Shown here: piece by piece, positions 37,191 to 47,470 of the stretch | How the letters are laid out: every line of letters begins with the position of its first letter | How positions within the stretch are numbered: position 1 is the first letter of the stretch | IMG/VR virus record: IMGVR_UViG_3300020045_006937 | Location: 1-48,698 of that record | Length of the DNA: 48,698 nucleotides | Reading direction: 5' to 3' (one strand) | Source of the DNA: a virus | Taxonomy: Duplodnaviria > Caudoviricetes | Program-made: the position numbers and the translations under genes | Notes under the pieces: model-generated | Seen by the model: the letters and a program-made list of their open reading frames with translations, nothing else | What the model was told of the DNA's origin: nothing | Databases searched by the model: none

Positions 37191-37412
37191 ATGGAAATAA
37201 ATTTAGTGATACATAAAAATCAATTTTGGGATATTGGAGAAGTTTTTAGAGACGGTATAAAAATAGCCACTATAAACAAATTCTATGAAGTAGATAAACA
37301 AAGTATTTACATCTACGAAACTATTGGAGGTTCAGGTACTGGATATAATAAAGGAAATATTAAAGAAATAATACCAATATTAGGCTGTAAATTTTCAACG
37401 GAATATAGATAA
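37191..37412 (+). CDS. Hypothetical protein
   Basis: Last plus-strand ORF before convergence. Confidence 0.65.
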   Translation: MEINLVIHKNQFWDIGEVFRDGIKIATINKFYEVDKQSIYIYETIGGSGTGYNKGNIKEIIPILGCKFSTEYR

Positions 37413-37467
37413 AACCTTAACGAGCCAATCCGAAACCAACTCCACCCGCTAAAATAGCCCCAAAGAA

Positions 37468-37722
37468 TTAAGTAAGCAATCCATTAAGTAATTGAACTGC
37501 CTTTAAGAAATCATCAAAGTCATAGCAATTAGAATCTTCATCTGTTAAATCATAGCATTCAACGTCAGAAATAAGCCCGTAAGTGAATAGAACTTTCTGT
37601 ACACAACAATCATCCACAGGCTCTCCATTAAGCCCCGCTTCATAGTTCTTAGCTGCTATACAGGCTATCCTGTTTTTAGCTCCTAAAACTGCGTCTCTTT
37701 GTATGTCCTGATACGATGCCAT
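37468..37722 (-). CDS. Late hypothetical protein
   Basis: End of the virion operon. Confidence 0.75.
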   Translation of the reverse strand: MASYQDIQRDAVLGAKNRIACIAAKNYEAGLNGEPVDDCCVQKVLFTYGLISDVECYDLTDEDSNCYDFDDFLKAVQLLNGLLT

Positions 37723-38201
37723 TATGCGAAAATATCTATTTGACAGTTACCACCCTTTAATGCAGGAGCAGCTCCTAAATCAGAAGTTGCTAAATGAATA
37801 GCGTAAATTTGTCCCGCTGTAACGTTAGCGATTTGAAATCTAACATTTATAGTTTCAGAAGTCTCGCAAACTTGCACATAGCTTATTCCCGCCACTGGAG
37901 CGCCGCTACCAGTCTCTATAACAGTTACGGTTACTGTATGAGTGCCCGTTGCTGTTATGGCAAACATGGCGTTAAAAACAGCTATATTAGACGCTGCTAT
38001 TGCAGGAATAGTTATAACGCTCCAGTCGTAATCTAAAGCATTACTAGCAGAACTAGCTCTGTTAGCAGTGTATAATAAATGTACAGCAGCAGTACCGCTA
38101 TATCCAGTAGCCGCAATAACGACAGAACTTCCATCGCTACCTGTTTCGCCCTGAAGAGCTGTTATTGATTCGCAACCACAGTTGCATCCGTTATTTGACA
38201 T
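37722..38201 (-). CDS. Probable tail/structural protein
   Basis: Ala/Thr/Ser-rich beta protein, short GxxG stretch, N-terminal CNCGC. Confidence 0.6.
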   Translation of the reverse strand: MSNNGCNCGCESITALQGETGSDGSSVVIAATGYSGTAAVHLLYTANRASSASNALDYDWSVITIPAIAASNIAVFNAMFAITATGTHTVTVTVIETGSGAPVAGISYVQVCETSETINVRFQIANVTAGQIYAIHLATSDLGAAPALKGGNCQIDIFA

Positions 38202-38206
38202 AATAT

Positions 38207-39154
38207 TTAATTTAAAACGTTATTATATTCTTTATACTTCCAAATATATCCGCCAGAAGTTCCTTTTCTGTTTAAACAAACTACATATATTTGCGATATA
38301 CAAAAAGTTGTTTCTTTTTTAATATCTGATGCTCTTTTCCATTCTCTAATAAAGTTACCATTTAAATCATATTGTAATATAATTTTAGGAAATCGACTTC
38401 CAGTACTCCAACTATCTATTTTCTTATTAACAGGATTAACAAATAATGAAATTTCATCTGTTGTTTTAATTTTCCATATAAAATTACCGCAATACGCATG
38501 TTTACCTTTTGCTGCATACGATAGTGTGTGTTCACTTAATCCCAACGCCTTTGCAGCCTCCCTCGCACAATCCCATACTTTTATAAAATTACCATTTAAA
38601 TCATACTGAATTACTTCTTTTTTATTAGGAAATAAATTAGCTGGTTTTATTTTTAATTTATAATTAGATGTTTTTCTTCTCCACATATAACCATGAGTTG
38701 AACCACGCTTACCTCTTAATACCGCTTTTATAAAGTGAGGGCTTTTACCAAAAAAATTAGAAGCGTCTACACAACTTCTCCATTCTTGAATAAACTCTCC
38801 GTTTAAAGAATACTGAAGTATAGGAACTTTTGCATACTCTCTATTTAATACATCATTATTTGCGCCTCCGTTTGTAGTGTTTTTTAATTCAAACCCCCAC
38901 GACTTATACAAGGAAACATAATACATTTCCCAAAAAAACATTTCTTCCAAATTAACTTTGTCAATTTCTTCTATTACAGGACGAAGACCTTTTGTTTTTA
39001 AAGATTTTATCCAATTACACTTTTTGTTATTATTAGAACCTTTTTCGTATAAATGATTATTATACCTATACTTAATAGTTTTAGATGTACAACCAATATA
39101 TTTAGGCTCATTGGTTGTTGGGTCATTTAATGAATATATAAATCCTGTTTTCAT
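38207..39154 (-). CDS. GIY-YIG homing endonuclease with three NUMOD1-like repeats
   Basis: GFIYSL..YIG; three QYxLNGxFIxxW..GYxW repeats. Confidence 0.9.
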   Translation of the reverse strand: MKTGFIYSLNDPTTNEPKYIGCTSKTIKYRYNNHLYEKGSNNNKKCNWIKSLKTKGLRPVIEEIDKVNLEEMFFWEMYYVSLYKSWGFELKNTTNGGANNDVLNREYAKVPILQYSLNGEFIQEWRSCVDASNFFGKSPHFIKAVLRGKRGSTHGYMWRRKTSNYKLKIKPANLFPNKKEVIQYDLNGNFIKVWDCAREAAKALGLSEHTLSYAAKGKHAYCGNFIWKIKTTDEISLFVNPVNKKIDSWSTGSRFPKIILQYDLNGNFIREWKRASDIKKETTFCISQIYVVCLNRKGTSGGYIWKYKEYNNVLN

Positions 39155-39811
39155 TTAATTACAACCGCAGTTACCTGCACAAACCTCTTGTGCTTTTGTA
39201 AAATAATTTAATGCTGTTTCGTCTGACTTACCAGCATCTACCGCACATAAAGCGCATTTAAGCCAGTAGTCCGCCATATTCACTTGCTTCATCGTAGAAT
39301 CAGAACAAGGGCAGTCGATTTCGGTTTCAAGTCTTAAATTAGAAATACAACAACATAAATCTGAAATTCTAAAATAAGTAGTACTGGTTGTATATGTAAA
39401 AGGAACTGATGCACTAATCACTTTATAAGTTAATTTAAATTGTCCATCCGCTAATTCAGGAAGTACAATCTCATCATCAAAAGTATCCGTTAAGTCTAAG
39501 AAGTTGGGGTCAACTATTGGAAACGCCGTACTTGCTAAATCAGCAAGACAATTATATACCGTACCTTCATTATCAGTTACGGTTGCGACGGTAATCGTAC
39601 CACTTGATACAGTAAAGTTATAAGTAATAATAGCTCCCGCCGAAATCCAGTTACATATCACTTGAAATGTAGTTACAGTGGTTGATGCTGGGTTAGGAGC
39701 GCCATAGCCTCCCGTATTTGACACTGCTGAATATGCTCCAGTGGAATCACTAAAAAACATCTGTAATCCATCAGCACTAAAACTCCCTTCGCATGATATT
39801 GATAAAGCCAT
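39155..39811 (-). CDS. Probable tail hub/structural protein
   Basis: DSTGAYS..NTGGYG; Cys-rich C-terminus CAGNCGCN. Confidence 0.6.
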   Translation of the reverse strand: MALSISCEGSFSADGLQMFFSDSTGAYSAVSNTGGYGAPNPASTTVTTFQVICNWISAGAIITYNFTVSSGTITVATVTDNEGTVYNCLADLASTAFPIVDPNFLDLTDTFDDEIVLPELADGQFKLTYKVISASVPFTYTTSTTYFRISDLCCCISNLRLETEIDCPCSDSTMKQVNMADYWLKCALCAVDAGKSDETALNYFTKAQEVCAGNCGCN

Positions 39812-39839
39812 TGTTTATTATTTTAGTCAAATATAAAAT

Positions 39840-42800
39840 TTATTTCTTATCATTTCCTATGAGTTTTTCAACATCATTAGGCACTTTTCTTATCCTATTG
39901 TAAGGCAAAACATCTTGAAAATCTTTCCACGCCTTATCGCCATCGTGTTTTGTAACTAAATCTTCAGTAATATCAATCATTTTGCCAAGAGTCCCTATTG
40001 CCGCTGGCGGAGAAGTGACTGTATATTTTAATTGATGTGGGTCAAAAATGAAAAGCATCTGACCTAATGTATTCTCTATCATTCCAGCCTTTTTACGCTT
40101 TTCATCATCGTCATCGTCAGAATATTTCCAAGCAAACAAAGCCGCTATTATCATTAATCCCTTAACATTGCTTCTGAAGTTTTTAAAGTCATCACCATTC
40201 CAAACCTTTATAGAAGCGTCACTAACCTTTAGCTTCCTTAAATCATTCTTTACATCCGCCCAAGCTTGCTCATTAAACGTTCTCCATGTGCCAGCGTGTT
40301 CTACTCCATAAGAATCAATATATCTTTCCCCAAATCGCATTTTCCACCAATCTGGGATAAATGTTTTAAATTGACCGAGCACTTTTCCGTGCTCATACAT
40401 CATATACGCTCTTCTTTCTTTCTCTCCGTATTTACCCTGAATATCAGTTACTCTTTTTTGGTACTGAATAAGTTGTTTTTTTAACTCTGATTCATCTCCT
40501 TTATAGGAAAGCTTATCATCTTTGTATTCAAAATTACTCCATTCCTTATCAGATAATTGTCCTAAAAACATTGAGCCCTGAATCTGTTTCTCACCCCATC
40601 TCTGCAAGCCATACGCTAAGAAGTCTAATAATTTACCAGCATACAACTTAGGGTTTGAGTCAAAGTCTAATTGAATTATATTATACTCATCAAGAATAGC
40701 AAGTCCTTTTTTACTTAGTTTGCCATCAGACGCAAATAATCTTTTATTCCCTTTTGCAATACTTTCAGCGGATTCAGCTCTTAGGTTATTTAAATTACCA
40801 ATAACAACGTTACTTATATTTGCAAGTAAATTAAACGCCATTACGCGTTTTGAGGTTAAAGAGCGTAGCATTTTTAACGAATAATCTACTATTGGGTCGG
40901 TTTCTTTTCGTCTTTGATATACAAATAAATCACGCCAATTTTGAATAAATTCTTTTGTATTTTTACTATCTTTTCCCTTGCCTAATTTTAATCCTTCGTA
41001 AAACTGCTCAATAGAATCTGTTAAAGGAACAAATTTAGCCATGTGTTTTACATGAGTTATATCATCAATAAGAGACATCCCTGCTGAATAAAAATCTTTA
41101 GAATATTGTCTGTTTTTAATATCCTTAATTTGTTGTTTTTTATTAGCAATTTTCTTAGCATTTAAGGTAGGATTTTCTTCAAGCTTCTCTATTTCTAATT
41201 TTAACCTATCAATCAACTGTTGTGGTTGGTCAAATTTAGACGTAAGCTTTCCTTTATAATCAGAATAAGCCCCTTTTTCGCCTGCCTTTTTAGCCTTATA
41301 AGATACCGAAAGTAGTTTAGCTAACGCAATTGGGTATTTTAATTTATCGTCTTTGTAATAGTCTATAATAGCTTTTTGAGCCTGACCAACAAGCACTCTT
41401 TCTTTTTTGTTAGTTTTAGGATTTATATAATCTATTTCAGATGAAATATCGCCTCCGCCACCCATATAAGAACTCATTGCTTCTAAAAATCCATTATCCT
41501 GATAATTCTCCCTAAAACCTTTATCGGTTTTAATTATTTCAATCTCATTATCATTAACATCCTTACCAGATAATTTATTTCTTTCCTTTAACAACTCTTT
41601 ATAAGTAGAAAGAAACTCTTTTTGAGCATTTGTTAATCCAGATACATTAGTCCTTAATTTACCATTTTCCTCAATGAAATCAAAATATTTAGCAGAGTTA
41701 GATGTCACAAGACTTAATGCGCTTTTGGCAACACCCATCTTTTTGTTATACTCTTCAATAACAGCCTTACCTAATTTCTCAAACTTAGATTTTTTATTAC
41801 TGCGCTCAATTTGCATATCCATAAAGGCTAAGTCAAACACATTATTAAGTTCTTGAAGAGCTGGAAAATCCTCTGTTATATGACCTAATGTTCGTTGCCA
41901 AACATCTCTCCATCTTAAATCTTTAGAATTAGCATATTCAGTAATCTCTTCTCCAAACTTATTATTAAGTTCTTTTATGCGTTTATTATTAAGGTCAATC
42001 GCTATTTTTTGACGAACCTTGTTAAGCATTTCTTTATCAGCAAATCCATCATAATTTCTAGCATCGTGGTAAGCTTCGATTAATTCATCCAAAGTAAATC
42101 CAGTTAAATCCTCAGCATCCGCCACTTCTTTAACTTTCTTAATTCCTTTTTCAAAATCTTTTTCTTCTTGCTCCAAAGCCTCAATTTTATCCAAAATAGC
42201 ATCTCTTATGGATTCTAATTCTGTGATAGTTTCTTCATCTTCTTCTAAATCTAATTGTTCTTCAATTGAATTTAAATCATTATTTAGTTCGTCGATTTCG
42301 GCTTGTTTATTTTTTTGGAACAAAGATTGTCCATCCCCGCCTTTTAATTTCTTAGTACCAATTCCAGCGATAATTTGTTTTGCTAAATTTTTAGCTATGT
42401 TTTTCTCTAATCCTAAATATCTTTTTAACCAATCAAATATATAATTCAGATATTGTTTGAATTTACTTTCTTCTACCTTACTATCAAATATACCCGCACC
42501 TTCGCGTCCTATCGCCTCAGCTAATACTTCAATGCCTAAATCATCAATTGTATAGTCTTTAGATAATGGGTATCTGTCAGCAGTTTCTTCCCATAACTTA
42601 GTTCCTTCTAATTGCTTAATAGCTGCCTTTATAACGCGGTTATTTGTTCCGCCCATAGCATCTATCAAAATATGTCCAGCTTCGTGTATAGGGGTGTCTG
42701 TGCGTGCGTAATAAGGGTTAACGGATATAGTGTTAGTTTTAGGACTCCATTTACCTGACGCGTCTAAAGCTTCATCATATACGATTTTAACTTTAGGCAT

Positions 42801-45800
42801 AGCGGATTGCATAACATTAACTACTTTATCAATATCAGCTCTATTTCCCGCCGCTTCGCCTTTTTCTTGAAACACATCGTTTACATCCTCAATGTCTGGG
42901 CGTAAAATAATATCATCTCCTGTTAATTCAATATCAGGCATTTTTTCAAACTCCTCAATCACATCTTCGGTTTCAGATAATAAATTTTGCTTTTCAGCTT
43001 CATCCATCACCTCAGCCATCGCTTGTTCTTGTGGATTCAATTTCTCATTATGAGCTTCAATTAAAGCCTCAGCCATAGCAGTTGGATGTATGTATCCATT
43101 AACTACATTTTCAACTTCATCTTTAATTTGAGTGTCATCCCAGCGTTGTACATCTTGGTTGCTCCAAATATAATGTGCTACACCTTCAATAGAAGGGGCG
43201 TTTTTATTAAGGTAATTTAAACGAGCCTGAATTTCTTTTCCCGCCGATTTATATAATTCACGAATAGCAGAAGAATTAATTTTTCCTCCACCAATGAAAT
43301 ATTGTAATACAAGTTCATGCGGCGTGTTAGGCTCTATTTGTAAAGCTTTTTTGTAACGAGGGTCTTTTATTTTCCTGCGGGCTTTTGGAGTGCCTTTTTT
43401 GCCTTTGCGAGTTCTATTGCCTTCATTCCTATTTTCCGTATCTGGTCGGGACTCAGATTCCTCTGTTCCAGTGGTACTTTCTTTGCCGTATTGTTTTTCA
43501 TATTTTTCACTAAACGCGTTTGTGTATAATCCACTCTCATCTAAATATTCGTTGTAATCAGCATCGGGGTCGTTTTTAAGCGCCTCTATGTTCTGAGCGA
43601 TATATTCTTCTTTTGTAGGTTGTACGTTTTTATTAGCCGTAGGTTGCGGTTTAATAGGTGTTTTAGGAGTTACTGTTACTTCACCCTCGGTTGGAGGTAT
43701 AATAGGATTCTCACTAATAGTACCTAAATCTTCTAAATAGTCAATTTGCTTTTGATTATACTCAACCTTTTTGCCAGTGTTGGTTTCTTTCATGTACCCC
43801 ACGAATTTACCCGTGTTAGCATTGAAAGCTTTTATCACTTTTTTAGCTGGCTTACCTTCTTCAAAACTTGGTATTTCTTCCACTTTTAAGCCGATAGGGA
43901 ATCCAACTAAGTCATCCTTATCAACTAAATGCTCAGTACGCATGTGTCCTCTAAAGCCTTCTTCGCGCTCCATAGAACTACTAAACTTCATTACCTTTCC
44001 ATCAGGTAGTTGTACGCCAAAAGTTTTATTTTTCTTTCCTTGCGGAGAAGTAAATTGTTTCTCTACAATATTTCCTAACATTGTTTTGTTAGGTTGTTTC
44101 TCTAAATACGCAACTGTTTTTTTATGTAAATCACGCGCGTTAAGTTTTCCTGAATTAAATTCAGTCATTGAAATGTCTTCGTAACTGCGCTTATCTTCTG
44201 GTATTTCTTTTTTGCTAGTTTCTTTCTTATACTTATCAGCCAGAGCTTGCATAATAGGACTTAGCTTAGGCTTTTTCTCTCCCTCTTTTTTAGGCGGGTT
44301 CTCTAACTTAACAACATCATCAACAGTTTTTTTAGCAACTACTGTTTCGTCATTAATCTGAGCCTTTAATACAATTTCGTTAATCTGTTTTTGTAAATCA
44401 CTCGCAAACTTTTCTTTAACATTATACTGAGCTTGTTCAATAGGATTTAATTTAGAAGGGTCTTTTACCCCGCCGATTTCAGTTTCTAAGGATTGCTTTT
44501 GAAATGATAAATCAAACAACTCTCTTTTATTTTGGTCGTTAAGTTCTAATGAGCCTAACATATCGTTATAATCCTTGAACGCGTTAATTTTAGTGATGGC
44601 ATTATCCGCTTCAGCTTGTGTAAGCTTACCGTTCTTTACACCATTAAATATCTCAGACTTAAATCCTACAACAGCATCATTTCCTTGCTTAACAATATCA
44701 AATATTGCTTTAGATTGCTCATTAGCTTTTTCTATTTTTTGTTTTTGCTTAGTCTCAGTACTTGCCCCAGCCATTAATCCATATCCAGCACCAGCGCCAA
44801 ATCCTACTAAGGCTGCATCTATAACTCCATCCGATAAATTCATATCAGGTTTATACCCTGAATATTTATCAACGGCGTTTTGTGCAAATTGAGTAGCGGC
44901 TTCACTTAAAGCTTCCTCGGCGCTTGTACCTAAGTACTTTGTAACAACAGGACGGTAAGTGTCTTTAAATCCATCTAAAGCTAATTTATAGGCAGCCTCT
45001 TTGCCGTCTTTTAAAAAAGCATCTTTAGTTATACCACCAAGTTTAGTGATACCAAATTGCTCAAAAATACCCTCAAATAAGCCATTAGCAACGGCTATAT
45101 TGATTTTTGATTGTTCGTCCATGTTAGGGGCTTGCTCATCAAGTTCGCCTTTCTTTTGCGCTCCAAACACTGCTCCGCCACCTAATATACCTTGCACTAC
45201 TCCAACACCACCAGCGTTAGCTACCGCTAAACCAATAGTAGTTGGCGCAGATTCAGCTATTGAATTACCTAATAACCCAAACGCTTTACTATACTCACCA
45301 TTCTTTACATAGTCAGTAATGCCCTTATCGTATTTTTGATTAAAGTTTTCTTGATTAATTTTAGCTTGCTCATCATAATATTGAGCTATTTTATTTTCAG
45401 GTAAATCAAATCCTTCTGCTAGTTTCTTAGAACTAAACGCTGGCTCTAACCCTAACTTTCCAGTAGGGTCTAAAGGCACAGCGGTCATGTTAGCAATCTC
45501 ATTCAAAGGGATAGCGGCTAAATCATTTATAAACGCGGGGGTTTTAGCAAGTGCTGAACCAAGTTTCTCAGAACCTCTTAATATAGAATTACCTAAATCC
45601 TGATACCAACTTGTTTCGTTAAAAACTTCAGTAACATCTTTAGGGGGACGCTCATTAATCGCAAGGGGCTTTGGAATAGTAATTCCATCTACGTTATCTA
45701 CATAGTAATTTTTCTTTCCACCCTGATTAGAATGCTGACCTTGTATGGTTAAAATAGCTTCAGTTAAATCTTCATGTTTAGCTTTACCTTCATTCACTTT

Positions 45801-46034
45801 CAATGCTAAGTTTTTTAGCATCAATTTTTCATTATCATTGTCAGTTTTAATTCCTGCAATTATTTCGTCAAATTTTGGTTTGGGTTTTTCTATTTCATTT
45901 AATAGTCCAACTTCTCCATAAACTTCTTGATATGGTTTGTTAGGATTAAACGAAGGTTTTTCCGCTACGTCAGTATTTACGCTTAATTCCTTATAAGGTT
46001 TATTAGGATTAAATTTTGGTTTTTCGTCTGGCAT
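39840..46034 (-). CDS. Giant virion-associated (probably injected) polyvalent protein with zincin-like motif
   Basis: 2064 aa; Gly/Ala hydrophobic segments; TPIHEAGH..EVLAEAIG metallopeptidase-like motif. Confidence 0.75.
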   Translation of the reverse strand: MPDEKPKFNPNKPYKELSVNTDVAEKPSFNPNKPYQEVYGEVGLLNEIEKPKPKFDEIIAGIKTDNDNEKLMLKNLALKVNEGKAKHEDLTEAILTIQGQHSNQGGKKNYYVDNVDGITIPKPLAINERPPKDVTEVFNETSWYQDLGNSILRGSEKLGSALAKTPAFINDLAAIPLNEIANMTAVPLDPTGKLGLEPAFSSKKLAEGFDLPENKIAQYYDEQAKINQENFNQKYDKGITDYVKNGEYSKAFGLLGNSIAESAPTTIGLAVANAGGVGVVQGILGGGAVFGAQKKGELDEQAPNMDEQSKINIAVANGLFEGIFEQFGITKLGGITKDAFLKDGKEAAYKLALDGFKDTYRPVVTKYLGTSAEEALSEAATQFAQNAVDKYSGYKPDMNLSDGVIDAALVGFGAGAGYGLMAGASTETKQKQKIEKANEQSKAIFDIVKQGNDAVVGFKSEIFNGVKNGKLTQAEADNAITKINAFKDYNDMLGSLELNDQNKRELFDLSFQKQSLETEIGGVKDPSKLNPIEQAQYNVKEKFASDLQKQINEIVLKAQINDETVVAKKTVDDVVKLENPPKKEGEKKPKLSPIMQALADKYKKETSKKEIPEDKRSYEDISMTEFNSGKLNARDLHKKTVAYLEKQPNKTMLGNIVEKQFTSPQGKKNKTFGVQLPDGKVMKFSSSMEREEGFRGHMRTEHLVDKDDLVGFPIGLKVEEIPSFEEGKPAKKVIKAFNANTGKFVGYMKETNTGKKVEYNQKQIDYLEDLGTISENPIIPPTEGEVTVTPKTPIKPQPTANKNVQPTKEEYIAQNIEALKNDPDADYNEYLDESGLYTNAFSEKYEKQYGKESTTGTEESESRPDTENRNEGNRTRKGKKGTPKARRKIKDPRYKKALQIEPNTPHELVLQYFIGGGKINSSAIRELYKSAGKEIQARLNYLNKNAPSIEGVAHYIWSNQDVQRWDDTQIKDEVENVVNGYIHPTAMAEALIEAHNEKLNPQEQAMAEVMDEAEKQNLLSETEDVIEEFEKMPDIELTGDDIILRPDIEDVNDVFQEKGEAAGNRADIDKVVNVMQSAMPKVKIVYDEALDASGKWSPKTNTISVNPYYARTDTPIHEAGHILIDAMGGTNNRVIKAAIKQLEGTKLWEETADRYPLSKDYTIDDLGIEVLAEAIGREGAGIFDSKVEESKFKQYLNYIFDWLKRYLGLEKNIAKNLAKQIIAGIGTKKLKGGDGQSLFQKNKQAEIDELNNDLNSIEEQLDLEEDEETITELESIRDAILDKIEALEQEEKDFEKGIKKVKEVADAEDLTGFTLDELIEAYHDARNYDGFADKEMLNKVRQKIAIDLNNKRIKELNNKFGEEITEYANSKDLRWRDVWQRTLGHITEDFPALQELNNVFDLAFMDMQIERSNKKSKFEKLGKAVIEEYNKKMGVAKSALSLVTSNSAKYFDFIEENGKLRTNVSGLTNAQKEFLSTYKELLKERNKLSGKDVNDNEIEIIKTDKGFRENYQDNGFLEAMSSYMGGGGDISSEIDYINPKTNKKERVLVGQAQKAIIDYYKDDKLKYPIALAKLLSVSYKAKKAGEKGAYSDYKGKLTSKFDQPQQLIDRLKLEIEKLEENPTLNAKKIANKKQQIKDIKNRQYSKDFYSAGMSLIDDITHVKHMAKFVPLTDSIEQFYEGLKLGKGKDSKNTKEFIQNWRDLFVYQRRKETDPIVDYSLKMLRSLTSKRVMAFNLLANISNVVIGNLNNLRAESAESIAKGNKRLFASDGKLSKKGLAILDEYNIIQLDFDSNPKLYAGKLLDFLAYGLQRWGEKQIQGSMFLGQLSDKEWSNFEYKDDKLSYKGDESELKKQLIQYQKRVTDIQGKYGEKERRAYMMYEHGKVLGQFKTFIPDWWKMRFGERYIDSYGVEHAGTWRTFNEQAWADVKNDLRKLKVSDASIKVWNGDDFKNFRSNVKGLMIIAALFAWKYSDDDDDEKRKKAGMIENTLGQMLFIFDPHQLKYTVTSPPAAIGTLGKMIDITEDLVTKHDGDKAWKDFQDVLPYNRIRKVPNDVEKLIGNDKK

Positions 46035-47470
46035 TACTCGTAAGTATTAGTTGCTGGATTCCAAGTATAAGTATAACCGTTTTGTACTATTGTTTTAGGG
46101 GCATCAGAGCTTGGCGTAACAGAATTACGTTGGTCGGTAGTTGCAACTAATGAATTATACTTTCCTTGATATGCTGGAGAGTTAGAATCAACATCAGTAA
46201 ATACTTTTATTTTAAGTAGTTTGTTTGTTTTACCATCCTTATCCATTGGAGAGTCTACAATAGAAGCCTTTTGTGACCAACTACCATCAACTTTATAATC
46301 CGTACCAGCCTCTCCTTCTGATTCAAATGGAACATACCAACTGTTTTGATTAATAATACCATTCTGTTTACCCCACTCTAATGGCTTATACACATATCCT
46401 GATAGGCGTTTAATGCCATTACCAACCTCTTGAAAATCCCCATTATAATTAAATACGTCACCTGTATTATCTATTTCAATGCTATTATCATCATTCCTAA
46501 TAATGTGCTTCGGCTTACTTCCAAATGTAGCATCTAAACGCTCAGGAGTATCAGCTCCTACTTTTTTCTTTTGAATAGTTTCTTTGAAATAGTCATACCC
46601 TCCTGCATTATTGCCAGCTTTTGCTCTTGCTTTATCAATATCAGCCTGAGTTTGTAATTTCATTTTATATAAGTCATCAGCAAGATTAGTGTTACCCCAA
46701 TCAAACTTATTATTAATACCGCTTCGTATAAGCTCTTTAGCAACCTTTAATCCATCGTTAGGGTGTTGTTGGTCAAATTGTTCTTTGTGTTCTAAATAGA
46801 AAGCCTGAGCGTCTCTATCTAAGGTGTTTTCATTAGCCACTGTTTGCCAAGCTCCACTACGTCCGTTTTTTAACGTAACAGGTCTAATGTCTTTAAAGTT
46901 ATTTCCCAATTCAGAACCTTTTTTACTAAGGTCAACAAACTCTGCTGGCTTTTGATATACAAATGGTTTAAAACCTTCCTTTTGCGAAGCTTCTAATCCT
47001 AATTGATTTCCGTATTTTAAATAGTTTTCTTTCTGAGCAAGTAAATTTTGATAAGCTAATTGATTGTGCATTTGTGGATTCTTAGCTATCTCCTGTAAAT
47101 CTGCATTTAAAGCTTTGAAATTATCATCACTTGCTTTGCCTCTAAGGACGTGTTCGTTGTCTAATAATTGTTTTTTCATACCATCTAAAATGATACGCTT
47201 ATCACGGTTATACAAAGCATCAGGATTTTCTTTATAAAAAGCTCCAATTTGTTGTACAATAGGCTTATTAAATTCCTCAATTTTATTATGGTCAAATTGA
47301 TTTGCTGCCGTATTGTACTTCAACGAGTCGCTAAAGATTTGAGCCTTACTTTCTGCAAGAGCTTTGTTTTGCTTCATTACCAAATCGTGGCGCTGATAAT
47401 CACCTATCTGGTCACTTAAATTTGTACGGACGGCTAACCCCTGATAATAGCCCATATCTTCTCCAGCCAT
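46034..47470 (-). CDS. Probable internal virion/injection protein
   Basis: 478 aa, coupled to the giant gene. Confidence 0.6.
   Translation of the reverse strand: MAGEDMGYYQGLAVRTNLSDQIGDYQRHDLVMKQNKALAESKAQIFSDSLKYNTAANQFDHNKIEEFNKPIVQQIGAFYKENPDALYNRDKRIILDGMKKQLLDNEHVLRGKASDDNFKALNADLQEIAKNPQMHNQLAYQNLLAQKENYLKYGNQLGLEASQKEGFKPFVYQKPAEFVDLSKKGSELGNNFKDIRPVTLKNGRSGAWQTVANENTLDRDAQAFYLEHKEQFDQQHPNDGLKVAKELIRSGINNKFDWGNTNLADDLYKMKLQTQADIDKARAKAGNNAGGYDYFKETIQKKKVGADTPERLDATFGSKPKHIIRNDDNSIEIDNTGDVFNYNGDFQEVGNGIKRLSGYVYKPLEWGKQNGIINQNSWYVPFESEGEAGTDYKVDGSWSQKASIVDSPMDKDGKTNKLLKIKVFTDVDSNSPAYQGKYNSLVATTDQRNSVTPSSDAPKTIVQNGYTYTWNPATNTYE

Noticed and set aside
38207-39154. Group I intron around the GIY-YIG gene
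   Set aside because: Only 0-5 bp of flanking non-coding DNA, leaving no room for an intron core
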